The position numbers and the translations under genes are program-made. The notes under the pieces are model-generated. The model was not told the origin of the DNA, searched no databases, and saw only the letters and a list, made by a program, of their open reading frames with translations. Positions 35,150-44,674 of a DNA stretch of 64,000 nucleotides are shown here, in pieces. The stretch's first letter is position 1; every line of letters begins with the position of its first letter. This DNA is from Maliponia aquimaris (GTDB lineage: Bacteria > Pseudomonadota > Alphaproteobacteria > Rhodobacterales > Rhodobacteraceae), in assembly GCF_900184945.1 (NCBI RefSeq), contig NZ_FXYF01000009.1:94174-158173 (forward strand). The letters are read 5' to 3'.

Positions 35150-36394
35150 TCAGCCGGCCTTGCGGCCCTCGGTACCGGACATGTCCACGCCGAGGTGCTT
35201 GGCCACGGTAAAGATGTCCTTGTCGCCCCGGCCGCAGAGATTCATGCAGATGATGTGATCCCTGGGCAGATCGGGCGCGATCTTGGCCACATGCGCGAGC
35301 GCATGGCTGGGCTCCAGCGCGGGGATGATGCCTTCGGTCTCGCAGCACAGCTGGAAGGCGGCCAGCGCCTCCTTGTCGGTGATCGAGACGTACTTGGCGC
35401 GGCCCACGTCGTGCAGCCAGCTGTGTTCCGGGCCGATGCCGGGATAGTCGAGCCCGGCGGAGATCGAAAAGCCCTCGAGGATCTGGCCGTCGTCGTCCTG
35501 AAGCAGGTAGGTGCGGTTGCCGTGCAGCACGCCGGGGCGGCCGCCGGTCAGCGAGGCGCAGTGTTCCATGCGGTCGTCGACACCCTTGCCGCCGGCCTCG
35601 ACGCCGATGATGTTCACCTCCTTGTCGTCGAGGAAGGGGTAGAACAGGCCCATGGCGTTGGAGCCGCCGCCGATCGCGGCGACGAGGGTGTCGGGGTTGC
35701 GGCCCTCGGCCTCCATCATCTGGACCTTGGTTTCCTTGCCGATGATCGACTGGAAGTCGCGCACCATGGCCGGGTAGGGGTGCGGGCCGGCGACGGTGCC
35801 GATGCAGTAGAAGGTGTCTCGCACGTTGGTCACCCAATCGCGCAGCGCGTCGTTCATCGCGTCCTTGAGCGTGCCGCGCCCCGACGTCACGGGGACCACC
35901 TCGGCGCCCAGCAGCTTCATCCGGAAGACGTTGGGCTGCTGCCGCTCAACATCGTGCGCGCCCATGTAAACCACGCATTTCAAACCGAATTTTGCGCAGA
36001 CGGTGGCGGTGGCGACGCCGTGCTGGCCGGCACCCGTCTCGGCGATGATGCGGGTCTTGCCCATGCGGCGGGCGAGGATGATCTGGCCGAGGACGTTGTT
36101 GATCTTGTGCGCGCCGGTGTGGTTGAGCTCGTCGCGCTTCATGTAGACCTTGGCGCCGCCGAGGCGGTCGGTCAGCCGTTCAGCAAAGTAGAGCGGGCTG
36201 GGGCGGCCGACGTAGTGCTTCCAGAGGAACTCCATCTCGTCCCAGAAGCTCTTGTCCGTCTTGGCTTTTTCGTATTCCGCCTCAAGCTCGAGGATCAGCG
36301 GCATGAGGGTTTCCGAGACGAAGCGCCCGCCGAATATGCCGAAGCGGCCCTTTTCGTCCGGGCCGGTCATGAAGCTGTTCACCAGGTCGTCCAT
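35150..36394 (-). CDS. trpB: Tryptophan synthase beta subunit
   Basis: PLP-lysine motif [17 protein letters not shown], full-length TrpB (414 aa). Confidence 0.9.
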   Translation of the reverse strand: MDDLVNSFMTGPDEKGRFGIFGGRFVSETLMPLILELEAEYEKAKTDKSFWDEMEFLWKHYVGRPSPLYFAERLTDRLGGAKVYMKRDELNHTGAHKINNVLGQIILARRMGKTRIIAETGAGQHGVATATVCAKFGLKCVVYMGAHDVERQQPNVFRMKLLGAEVVPVTSGRGTLKDAMNDALRDWVTNVRDTFYCIGTVAGPHPYPAMVRDFQSIIGKETKVQMMEAEGRNPDTLVAAIGGGSNAMGLFYPFLDDKEVNIIGVEAGGKGVDDRMEHCASLTGGRPGVLHGNRTYLLQDDDGQILEGFSISAGLDYPGIGPEHSWLHDVGRAKYVSITDKEALAAFQLCCETEGIIPALEPSHALAHVAKIAPDLPRDHIICMNLCGRGDKDIFTVAKHLGVDMSGTEGRKAG

Positions 36395-36556
36395 ATCGCC
36401 TCTCCCTTGCGCTCTCGGGGCCTGAATATGGCATGTGCGGCGGGAAAGGCCAGAGGCAAAACCGGGCGGCGGGTTTGGTACAAAAGGTACGTCCTGTACG
36501 CGAAAAATGTCGTTTTGTACAAATTCCGGGCCGGCGCAGCGGGTGGGCTGGGGGTC

Positions 36557-36668
36557 AAGGCGCTTCGAAGCGCCTTGGGAAGCGGCCGCGCGGCCGCTTG
36601 CAAGCGCGTTGCAACGCGCTTGGCAACGCCCTTGGAAGGGCGTTGGAAAGGGCCTTCGAAGGCCCTTT
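36557..36668. repeat. Array of five consecutive ~20-22-bp perfect or near-perfect palindromes (AA-N16-18-TT units separated by G-rich 2-3-nt spacers)
   Basis: A 36557..36576 AAGGCGCTTCGAAGCGCCTT; B 36580..36599 AAGCGGCCGCGCGGCCGCTT; C 36602..36621 AAGCGCGTTGCAACGCGCTT; D 36625..36644 AACGCCCTTGGAAGGGCGTT (9-bp arms, GG centre); E 36647..36668 AAAGGGCCTTCGAAGGCCCTTT. Upstream of trpB on the minus strand. Confidence 0.8.
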
Positions 36669-36898
36669 CAGCGCACCCGACGGATCGGGGCGCCGTTGCA
36701 GAAGATGACGAAGTGCCGCCCGTTCTCGACCGCCTGGAAACCGCGGTGCGCGAGGGCCTCGACAAAGGCGCGGCGGCCGACCAGGCGTTCGACATCGCGG
36801 ACCTGGCGTTTGACCACGCCGCCGCGCCGCGCCTCGGCGGAGGAGAACAGCTGGTCGAGCCAGAGGTCGGAGGTGAGATGATCGGGTAGCTGGGCCAT
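36668..36898 (-). CDS. Small hypothetical protein (76 aa), uncertain
   Basis: ORF with host-like codon usage between the MATE gene and the palindrome array. No recognisable domain; the stop overlaps palindrome E. Confidence 0.3.
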   Translation of the reverse strand: MAQLPDHLTSDLWLDQLFSSAEARRGGVVKRQVRDVERLVGRRAFVEALAHRGFQAVENGRHFVIFCNGAPIRRVR

Positions 36899-36934
36899 CT
36901 TCGGGATATCACACCCGGTCTGGTTAATGCGCGG

Positions 36935-38257
36935 TTAAGCCGCCCGGACCGCCCGTTCCAGCGCCGGGTAGCGTGCCGCCAGGGTCACGGCGCGGACGAC
37001 GTAGGCGACCATCAGCGCCGCCCAGAGGCCATGCGCGCCCCAGAGCGGGATCAGCGCCGACACGGCGGCAAAGTAGACCAGCGTGGAAATGGCCATCATG
37101 TTGCGCATGTCGCGGGTGCGGGTGGCGCCGATGAAGATGCCGTCGAGCATCCAGGACGGCAGGCCCAGCACCGGCGTGGCGACGATCCAGGGCAGGAAGC
37201 GGCGCGCGGTGTCCTGCACCTGCGGTTCGCGCGTCATGGCGTCGATGATCGCGCTGCCGAGCAACGCGAAGCCCAGCGCGAAGACGAGGTTGGTCACGAA
37301 CCCCCAGAGGCTGGTCAGCGCCACCGCGCGGCGCAGCGCGGCGATGCGGCGCGCGCCGACCGCCTGGCCCACCAGCGCCTCGGCCGCGAAGGCAAAGCCG
37401 TCGAGCGCGTAGGCCATCACGGCGATGAACTGCATCAGCACCTGGTTGGCGGCCAGTACCACCACGCCGAAACCGGCGCTGTAGTAGACGATGAAGGACA
37501 GCATGATCGCCTGGAGCAGCAGCGAGCGCAGCAGGATGTCGGCGTTCACCATCGCCATGTGGCGCAGGCGGGCGCGGTCGGACACGCGCGGCCAGTCGCG
37601 CCAGGCGGGGGTGGCGAAGGCGGGGCGGCAGAGCCAGAGGCCCAGCGCGAGGCCGGTCCAGTCGGCGATCACGGTGGCCACGGCGACGCCTTCGACGCCC
37701 CAGCCCAGGCCCAGCACGAAGAGCGCGTTCAGCGCGACGTTCAGGCTGACCATCCAGAGTTGCAGCGCCAGCATGGCGCGGGTGTTTTCCAGCGCGCCGA
37801 GCCAGCCGTTGATGCCGTAGATCGCCACGGCGGCGGGGGCCGACAGGATGCGGATCTGCATGTAGGCCGCGGCCAGTTCCTCGACCGCCGCATCGGCGGG
37901 CGAGACGGCAAAGCCGATCCCGGCGATCAGCGGCAGCAGCGGGACCAGCAGCAGCCCCCCTGCCCCGCCGATCATCAGCGCGCGGGTCAGCAGCGCCGCC
38001 ACCTCGGCCCGGTTGCCCGCGCCCTGCGCCTGCGCCGTCAGCCCGGCGGTGCCCATGCGCAAAAAGCCGAAGATCCACAGCACGGCGGTGATCAGCGCCG
38101 CCCCCACGGCGACGGCGGCGATCGGCGTGGCGTCGGGGATCTGGCCGATCACCGCGGTATCGGCCACGCCTTGCAGCGGGATGGTCAGGTTCGACAGCAC
38201 GATCGGCAGCGCGATGCGCAGGACGCGGGCGTGGGTGATGGACGTGGCGTCTTGCAT
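36935..38257 (-). CDS. MATE family efflux transporter (DinF-like)
   Basis: Start taken at MQDATSITHARVLRIALPIVLSNL (ATG 38257). The 240-aa upstream in-frame extension in the ORF track is Pro/Arg-rich junk. 12 TM helices. Confidence 0.75.
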   Translation of the reverse strand: MQDATSITHARVLRIALPIVLSNLTIPLQGVADTAVIGQIPDATPIAAVAVGAALITAVLWIFGFLRMGTAGLTAQAQGAGNRAEVAALLTRALMIGGAGGLLLVPLLPLIAGIGFAVSPADAAVEELAAAYMQIRILSAPAAVAIYGINGWLGALENTRAMLALQLWMVSLNVALNALFVLGLGWGVEGVAVATVIADWTGLALGLWLCRPAFATPAWRDWPRVSDRARLRHMAMVNADILLRSLLLQAIMLSFIVYYSAGFGVVVLAANQVLMQFIAVMAYALDGFAFAAEALVGQAVGARRIAALRRAVALTSLWGFVTNLVFALGFALLGSAIIDAMTREPQVQDTARRFLPWIVATPVLGLPSWMLDGIFIGATRTRDMRNMMAISTLVYFAAVSALIPLWGAHGLWAALMVAYVVRAVTLAARYPALERAVRAA

Positions 38258-38391
38258 CGGCGGTGGCTCTGGCGGCGGGCGCCGGGGGGCTGTCTGCCCC
38301 CCGGACCCCCCGAGGATATTTCTGGCCAGAAGAAACGCAGCTGTGCTTCGGGCGTGTTTCGGGCGTGTTTCGGGCGGCGGGTCGGGGTGTG

Positions 38392-38901
38392 TCAGCCGTC
38401 CTTGCGCGGCATCAGGAAATGCGCGGTGGCCTGGGCGAAGGGGCGGTCGCGGTTGTCCTGCCAGGCCTCGGTGTGGACCGAGGCGTAGCGACGGCCCGAG
38501 CGGTTGACCCGGGCGCGGGCATAGGCGTCGCGCGGCAGGCCGGTGCGCAGGTAGTCCACGGTGAAGTCGATGGTTTTGGGCAGGCGCGGCAGGTTGCCCA
38601 CGGTCATGGTCTCGGGGTCGAGCGCGCCGGATTCGATGTCCTCCCACAGCCAGAACCAGTTCAGCGTGATCATGGCGGTGATCTCGAGAAACGCCGCCGT
38701 CACGCCGCCGTGGATGGCGGGCAGGAAGGGGTTGCCGATCAGCTTGTCGTCGAACGGCAGGAGGGCGGTCAGTTCGTCGCCGCGGCGGTCGAAGCGGACG
38801 CCGAGGTACTGGATGTAGGGCACGCCGGAGACCAGCGCCGAGAGCGCGGCGTCGCGGCGCTGCTTGATCACCTGGACGGGTTCGGGCGGTTTGCGGGCCA
38901 T
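38392..38901 (-). CDS. Hotdog-fold thioesterase (PaaI/DUF4442-like)
   Basis: Start at MARKPPEPVQ (ATG 38901) overlapping the upstream gene's stop (ATGA). Hotdog-like length and pattern. The ORF-track N-terminal extension is low-complexity. Confidence 0.6.
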   Translation of the reverse strand: MARKPPEPVQVIKQRRDAALSALVSGVPYIQYLGVRFDRRGDELTALLPFDDKLIGNPFLPAIHGGVTAAFLEITAMITLNWFWLWEDIESGALDPETMTVGNLPRLPKTIDFTVDYLRTGLPRDAYARARVNRSGRRYASVHTEAWQDNRDRPFAQATAHFLMPRKDG

Positions 38902-39323
38902 CACGCGCCCTCCACCGTGAAGGCGCCGGTGGCGGTGGCGACCGGGCGGGCGGTGTCCTCGTCGGTGGCGGTGGCGTGGACAAAGGCGACGGAGCGGGTG
39001 ATGTGGTAGCAGGTGGCGCGCGCGGTGATGGTCTGGCCGGGCGTGGCGGGGCGCATGTAGTCGATCCGCAGGTTGATGGTGGCGGTGCCGGCGGGCGAAT
39101 TGGGGTGGCTCATCACCGCCGCCCCGCCGCAGGTGTCCATCAGCGCCGAGACCGCGCCGCCGTGAATCACCCCGGTTTCCGGATCGCCGACAATGCGGAG
39201 GTCGTAGGGCATGCGAATCTCGGCCACGCCATCGCCGATTTCGGTGATGGCCATGCCGAGGGCGCGGGAATGCGGGATGGTTTCGATGAACTGCCGCGCG
39301 ATGCGGGCCTTGTCTGCGGTCAT
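38901..39323 (-). CDS. PaaI-family thioesterase (4HBT hotdog fold)
   Basis: GVIHGGAVSALMDTCGGAA and other motifs typical of PaaI/YbgC-type acyl-CoA thioesterases; 140 aa. Confidence 0.7.
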   Translation of the reverse strand: MTADKARIARQFIETIPHSRALGMAITEIGDGVAEIRMPYDLRIVGDPETGVIHGGAVSALMDTCGGAAVMSHPNSPAGTATINLRIDYMRPATPGQTITARATCYHITRSVAFVHATATDEDTARPVATATGAFTVEGA

Positions 39324-39441
39324 GCGGTGTCTCCTTGGCGGTCTTTATGGGCGCGGGCCGGGAGAGCTGCAAGCCGTGTTGCCGGCGGCTTGTCTCGCCC
39401 GCGGCATCGGCCTAGGTTTGAACAAGTGACCGGGGGGAGAG

Positions 39442-39825
39442 ATGGCCATGCCCGACACACGCCTGAGCTTCAAGGAGATGTGCGCCAAGTTCGATGTGAC
39501 GCCGCGCACCTTGCGGTATTACGAGTACATCGAGCTGCTCGCGCCCGAACGCGACGGCCGCAGCCGCAGCTACGGCCCGCGCGAGATTGCCCGGATGACG
39601 CTGATCCTGCGCGGCCGCAAGTTCGGCTTTCAGCTGGAGGACATCCGGCAGTGGCTGCTGATCTACGAGAACGAGGGCACCGAGGCGCAGATGCGCGCCT
39701 GGCTGGAGATGGCGGACCGGCAGCTGGCGCAGCTGGCCGAGGAGCTCGCGCAGCTGGACGCGGCCATGGACGAGCTGAAGGCGCTGCGCGACCAGACCGC
39801 CGAGTCGCTGGGCCGGGCCGGCTGA
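39442..39825 (+). CDS. MerR-family transcriptional regulator (LiuR-like, acyl-CoA dehydrogenase-associated)
   Basis: N-terminal MerR HTH (FKEMCAKFDVTPRTLRYYEYIELL), coiled-coil C-term. Divergent and upstream of the acyl-CoA dehydrogenase cluster. Confidence 0.8.
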   Translation: MAMPDTRLSFKEMCAKFDVTPRTLRYYEYIELLAPERDGRSRSYGPREIARMTLILRGRKFGFQLEDIRQWLLIYENEGTEAQMRAWLEMADRQLAQLAEELAQLDAAMDELKALRDQTAESLGRAG

Positions 39826-39926
39826 ATCGTGTGATTCCCCGAACGGCGCGACGCCCGCGTGCCGGGATTCGGCCAAAGCGCTTTGGAAAGAATGTTTCAC
39901 GACAAGACGATTGACCTTGCCTTATC

Positions 39927-39968
39927 TTACGTCAATCCTGAAATGACGTAGCGTATGAGTTACGTCAA
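39927..39968. promoter_or_regulatory. Overlapping inverted repeats TTACGTCAA-N8-TGACGTA-N10-TTACGTCAA (candidate LiuR/MerR operator set)
   Basis: TTACGTCAA at 39927..39935 and 39960..39968 with TGACGTA at 39944..39950. ACGTCA/TGACGT arms are reverse complements. Lies between the two MerR paralogues, in a lower-GC intergenic region. Confidence 0.5.
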
Positions 39969-40049
39969 CGATAATTCCCGTTGTATGGACTCCCGGAAAG
40001 CCTCACTTCCCGTTTCGTGAATGTGTGACAACACGGCAGGGAGCCGAGG

Positions 40050-40460
40050 ATGCGAGACATGACAGAAGAGCAACTGATGACGATCCGGGAAATGTGCGAC
40101 CAGTTCGAGGTGACGCCTCGGACCTTGCGCTTCTACGAGCAGAAGGAACTGCTATTCCCGATCCGCGAGGGCCAGAAGCGGCTGTTCACCCGGCGCGACC
40201 GGGCGCGGCTGAAGCTGATCCTGCGCGGCAAGCGCTTTGGCTTCAGCCTGGAGGAAATCCGCCAACTGCTGGACCTCTACCACGTCGGCGACCAGCAACG
40301 CACCCAGCTGTCGGCCGCCTACGCGGTGGCGCGGAGCAGGTTGCAGGACCTGATCCGGCAGCGCGACGAACTGAACGCCGCCATCGGCGAGCTCGAGGCA
40401 CAGATGAAATGGGGCGAGAAGATGCTCGGCTCCATGGAAAACAAACGCGCGGCCGAGTGA
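40050..40460 (+). CDS. MerR-family transcriptional regulator (paralogue; LiuR-like)
   Basis: [26 protein letters not shown] ... [19 protein letters not shown], with parallel architecture to the regulator at 39442..39825. Confidence 0.8.
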   Translation: MRDMTEEQLMTIREMCDQFEVTPRTLRFYEQKELLFPIREGQKRLFTRRDRARLKLILRGKRFGFSLEEIRQLLDLYHVGDQQRTQLSAAYAVARSRLQDLIRQRDELNAAIGELEAQMKWGEKMLGSMENKRAAE

Positions 40461-40494
40461 CCCCGGCCGCAGGCAGGACCTGAGGGAGACAGAC

Positions 40495-42276
40495 ATGCCC
40501 ACATACACGGCGCCGACACGGGACCAGATCTTTGTCCTGGACGACGTTCTGAAGCTCAGCACGGCGGATATCCCCGGCTACGAGGACCTTGACCGCGACA
40601 CGCTCGAGGCGATCCTTGGCGAGGCCGCGAAGATGGCCGAGAACGTGCTGGCGCCGCTCAACCAGGTGGGCGACACGCAGGGCTGCGTGCTGGAAAACGG
40701 CGTGGTGCGCACGCCGGAGGGCTTTCACGAGGCCTTTGACCAGATGCGCGAGGGCGGCTGGACCGCGCTGGACTGCGATCCCGAATACGGCGGCCAGGGC
40801 CTGCCCTATGTCCTGGCCACCGCGGTGGGCGAGCAGTTTTCCGCCGCGAACATGGCGTTCAACATGTACCCGGGCCTGACGCACGGCGCCTACTCGGCGA
40901 TCCATGCGCACGGGTCGGACGCGCAGAAGGCGCTGTACCTGCCGAAGATGGTCAGCTGCGAATGGACCGGCACCATGAACCTGACCGAGCCGCACTGCGG
41001 CACGGACCTGGGCCTGATGCGCACCAAGGCGGTGCCGCAGGACGACGGAAGCTACCAGATCACCGGGCAGAAGATCTTCATCTCGGCCGGCGATCACGAC
41101 ATGGCGCAGAACGTGATCCACCTGGTGCTGGCCAAGATCCCCGGCGGGCCGGAGGGCATCAAGGGCGTGTCGCTGTTCATCGTGCCGAAATTCCTGGTGA
41201 ACGAGGATGGCTCGGTCGGCGAGCGCAACGCCGTCTCGGTCGGCAAGATCGAGGAAAAGATGGGCATCCACGGCAATTCGACCTGCGTCATGAACTACGA
41301 CGCGGCCACCGGCTACCTGCTGGGCGAGGCGCACAAGGGCATGCGCGCCATGTTCACCATGATGAACGAGGCGCGGCTGGGCGTCGGCCTGCAAGGCTAT
41401 GCCCAGGCCGAGGTCGCCTACCAGAACGCGCTGGCCTACGCCAAGGACCGCCTTCAGGGCCGCGACGTGACCGGCGCCAAGAACCCCGACGGCCCGGCCG
41501 ATCCGCTGATCGTGCACCCGGACATCCGCCGCAGCCTGATGGACCAGAAAAGCTTTGTCGAAGGGGCGCGCGCCTTTGTCTACTGGGGTGCCTCGATGAT
41601 CGACCGCGGCCACCGCGCCGAGGACGCCAAGGCCGAGGGGCTGATTTCGCTGCTGACGCCGGTGATCAAGGGTTTCCTGACCGACAAGGGCTTTGACTAC
41701 GCCACCGCGGCGCAGCAGGTCTACGGCGGGCACGGCTACATCGAGGAATGGGGCATGTCGCAGTTCGCCCGCGACGCCCGCATCGCGATGATCTACGAGG
41801 GCGCGAACGGCGTGCAGGCGCTGGACCTGGTGGGCCGCAAGCTGGCGCAGGACGGCGGCAAGCACGTCATGGCCTTCTTCGACATGGTCAAGTCGTTCGC
41901 CACCGAGCACAAGGGCCAGGACGAGGAGTTCGACGCGCAGTTCCTCGAACCGCTCAAGGCAGCGTCGAAGGATCTGCAGGCGGCGGGCATGTATTTCATG
42001 CAGAACGGGGTGAAGAACCCCAATGCGGCGCTGGCGGGGTCCTATGACTTCATGCACCTGTTCGGCCATGTCTGCCTGGGGCTGATGTGGTGCCGGATGG
42101 CCTGGACCGCCAAGACGAAACTGGCCGCCGGCGAGGGTGACCACGATTTCTACGCCGCCAAGCTGGCGACCGGGCGCTACTACATGGTGCGGCAGCTGCC
42201 GATGACGGCCGTCCACCTCAAGCGGATCGAATCCGGCGCCGAGCCCGTCATGGCCCTTGAGGCGGACGCGTTCTGA
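40495..42276 (+). CDS. Long-form acyl-CoA dehydrogenase (ACAD with C-terminal domain, FadE/ACAD10-11-like)
   Basis: 593 aa, ACAD N, middle and C domains ([15 protein letters not shown]; [21 protein letters not shown]). C-terminal extra domain. Confidence 0.85.
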   Translation: MPTYTAPTRDQIFVLDDVLKLSTADIPGYEDLDRDTLEAILGEAAKMAENVLAPLNQVGDTQGCVLENGVVRTPEGFHEAFDQMREGGWTALDCDPEYGGQGLPYVLATAVGEQFSAANMAFNMYPGLTHGAYSAIHAHGSDAQKALYLPKMVSCEWTGTMNLTEPHCGTDLGLMRTKAVPQDDGSYQITGQKIFISAGDHDMAQNVIHLVLAKIPGGPEGIKGVSLFIVPKFLVNEDGSVGERNAVSVGKIEEKMGIHGNSTCVMNYDAATGYLLGEAHKGMRAMFTMMNEARLGVGLQGYAQAEVAYQNALAYAKDRLQGRDVTGAKNPDGPADPLIVHPDIRRSLMDQKSFVEGARAFVYWGASMIDRGHRAEDAKAEGLISLLTPVIKGFLTDKGFDYATAAQQVYGGHGYIEEWGMSQFARDARIAMIYEGANGVQALDLVGRKLAQDGGKHVMAFFDMVKSFATEHKGQDEEFDAQFLEPLKAASKDLQAAGMYFMQNGVKNPNAALAGSYDFMHLFGHVCLGLMWCRMAWTAKTKLAAGEGDHDFYAAKLATGRYYMVRQLPMTAVHLKRIESGAEPVMALEADAF

Positions 42277-42336
42277 GGGAATGGTGGGGCGGCGGGCCCC
42301 CCCCCCCGCCCTGCACCAACGGCCGAAGGAGCCTTC

Positions 42337-42549
42337 ATGCCCAAGCGTTTTCGTCTGACCCGCCGGTTCCCGGTCGCCATGACCGAGGACGGCTATCGCA
42401 AGCTGAAGAAATTCGCGCACGAGGCGGGGCTGGACGAGGGCGAGGCGCTGTCGTTCCTGTTCGAGCACTTCGACAGCGTGACGGACGCCGACGCGCTGGC
42501 GCACCGGCTGCGCCTGTTCAACGCCGAGCTGGACGACAGAAAGAGATAA
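42337..42549 (+). CDS. Small ribbon-helix-helix-like protein (70 aa), uncertain
   Basis: [43 protein letters not shown] resembles a CopG/RHH beta-alpha-alpha layout. Sits between two ACAD genes. Confidence 0.4.
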   Translation: MPKRFRLTRRFPVAMTEDGYRKLKKFAHEAGLDEGEALSFLFEHFDSVTDADALAHRLRLFNAELDDRKR

Positions 42550-42559
42550 GGGAGGGATC

Positions 42560-43699
42560 ATGCCGCGGGACTGGATGACCGAAGAGCATGAAATGCTGTC
42601 CGAGATGACCGCGAGGTTCATCGAGACGGAATGGCAGCCGCTGTACGGCAAGTGGCGCAAGCAGGGGCAGATGGACCGCGAGACCTGGGCGCAGGCGGGT
42701 GCGCTGGGCCTGCTCTGCCCCTCGGTCCCCGAGGCCTACGGCGGGCCGGGCGGCGATTTCGGCCACGAGGCGGTGATCCTGATCGAGGCGGCGCGCGCCA
42801 ACCTGGCCTCCTGGGGGCACGGCATCCATTCCGGGATCGTGGCGCATTACATCCTGGCCTATGGGACGGAAGAGCAGAAACAGCGCTGGCTGCCGAAGAT
42901 GGTCAGCGGCGAGCTGGTCGGCGCGCTGGCGATGACCGAACCGTCGGGCGGGTCGGACCTGCAACGGCTCAAGACCCGCGCACTGAAGGAAGGCAACGCC
43001 TACCGGCTGAGCGGGCAAAAGACCTTCATCACCAATGGCCAGCACGCCAACCTGATCGTGGTGGCGGCCAAGACCGACCCCAGCGAAGGCGCCAGGGGCA
43101 TGTCGCTGATGGTGGTCGAGACCGACAAGGCCGAGGGATTCACCCGCGGGCGCAACCTGGAAAAGATCGGCTGCCACGCGGCGGACACCTCCGAGCTGTT
43201 CTTCGACAATGTCGAGATCCCGCCCGAGAACCTGCTGGGCGGAGAAGAGGGCCAGGGCTTCTACCAGATGATGCAGCAGCTGCCGCAGGAACGGCTGATC
43301 ATCGGCTGCGGCGCGGTGGGCGCGATGGAGGGCGCGGTGTCCCGCACCATCGCCTACTGCAAGGAGCGCGAGGCTTTCGGCGGCCCGCTGACCCAGTTCC
43401 AGAACACCCGGTTCAAGCTGGCCGAATGCCAGACCAAGACGGTGGTGGCGCGCAGCTTTCTCGACCAGTGCATCGCCGAGCACCTGGAGGGCAAGCTGAG
43501 CGTCGAAAAGGCGGCCATGGCGAAATACTGGCTGACCGACACCCAGGGCGAGGTGCTGGACGACTGTGTCCAGCTGCACGGCGGCTACGGCTTCATGCAG
43601 GAATACGCGGTGGCCGAGATGTGGGCGGATGCAAGGGTGCAGCGCATCTACGGCGGCACCAACGAGATCATGAAGGAACTGATCGCGCGCAAATTGTGA
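42560..43699 (+). CDS. Acyl-CoA dehydrogenase (short/branched-chain type)
   Basis: 379 aa, ACAD motifs ([26 protein letters not shown], catalytic E in [17 protein letters not shown] tail). Confidence 0.85.
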   Translation: MPRDWMTEEHEMLSEMTARFIETEWQPLYGKWRKQGQMDRETWAQAGALGLLCPSVPEAYGGPGGDFGHEAVILIEAARANLASWGHGIHSGIVAHYILAYGTEEQKQRWLPKMVSGELVGALAMTEPSGGSDLQRLKTRALKEGNAYRLSGQKTFITNGQHANLIVVAAKTDPSEGARGMSLMVVETDKAEGFTRGRNLEKIGCHAADTSELFFDNVEIPPENLLGGEEGQGFYQMMQQLPQERLIIGCGAVGAMEGAVSRTIAYCKEREAFGGPLTQFQNTRFKLAECQTKTVVARSFLDQCIAEHLEGKLSVEKAAMAKYWLTDTQGEVLDDCVQLHGGYGFMQEYAVAEMWADARVQRIYGGTNEIMKELIARKL

Positions 43700-44020
43700 C
43701 GGCGGTGCGGGTGGCAAGCACGGAATTGAGTATTTGAACCAAGAAGAAACAGGAAGGTCGCACATCGGACCCAAAGGCCAGGGCAGCAGTCGACCTTCCT
43801 GCGGTGCCCGCTCCTCTGGCTAGGGGCGGGGCTTCTCCTTGGGCGGTCATCGGCTCTCCAGCCTGTACCGCACCTACAAGAGTGGCGCGTTAACCTTAAC
43901 GCGCAGTTACCAAATGAGGTGCCTGCTGCTTCTTCTTGGTGAAAATACCTCCACGGGGGTGCGGGGGTGTGAAACCCCCGCTCCGACGGGGCAAACGGGA
44001 ACGACGGGAGACAAGTCGCG

Positions 44021-44659
44021 ATGACCATGACACTCTACTGCTTCGGCGAATCCGGGCATTCCTACAAGGCCGCGCTGGCGCTGGAACTGGCCGGGCTCGA
44101 CTGGGCGCCGGTCAAGGTCGACTTCTTCAACGGCGAGACTCGCGGAGAAGCCTACCGGACCACTGTCAACGAGATGGGCGAATGCCCGGTGCTGGTCGAT
44201 GGCGAGGTCAAGCTCACCCAGTCCGGCGTGATCCAGCAGTACCTGAGCGACACCTACGGCCATTTCGGCGGCAAGACCCCGGAAGAGGCGCGCGAGGTGC
44301 TGCGCTGGGTGCTGTGGGACAACCACAAGCTCAGTGCCAACGCCGGGATCGCGCGGTTCCTGATGAACTTCCTGCCAGAGGACAAGCGCCCGGCCGAGGT
44401 GATCGGCTTTCTGCAGGCGCGGCTCAAGGGCGCCTACGCGCTGCTCGACGGGCACCTGAAGGGGCGCGACTGGATCGTGGGCGACGGTCCCACCAACGCC
44501 GATCTGACCTGCTGCGGCTATCTCTTCTACCCCGAGCCCTTCGGTTTCACCCGTGCCGATTGGCCCGAGATCGACCGCTGGCTTTCCAACATCCAGGCGC
44601 TTCCCGGCTGGAAGCACCCCTATGACCTGATGCCCGGCTCCCCCGCGGACCGGGCCTGA
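44021..44659 (+). CDS. Glutathione S-transferase
   Basis: N-terminal thioredoxin-like GST domain (LYCFGESGHSYKAALALELAGLDW..ECPVLVDG) and C-terminal alpha domain. Confidence 0.8.
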   Translation: MTMTLYCFGESGHSYKAALALELAGLDWAPVKVDFFNGETRGEAYRTTVNEMGECPVLVDGEVKLTQSGVIQQYLSDTYGHFGGKTPEEAREVLRWVLWDNHKLSANAGIARFLMNFLPEDKRPAEVIGFLQARLKGAYALLDGHLKGRDWIVGDGPTNADLTCCGYLFYPEPFGFTRADWPEIDRWLSNIQALPGWKHPYDLMPGSPADRA

Positions 44660-44674
44660 CGAAAAGGACATCCC

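Noticed and set aside
36557-36668. Palindrome array as a CRISPR array
   Set aside because: Units are all different palindromes with 2-3-nt spacers. There are no repeated direct repeats with unique spacers and no cas genes.
36935-38983. 682-aa version of the MATE transporter with a 240-aa Pro/Arg-rich N-terminal extension
   Set aside because: The extension is compositionally junk and overlaps the hotdog thioesterase gene region. A proper start (MQDATS.., 38257) with a membrane-protein N-terminus exists.
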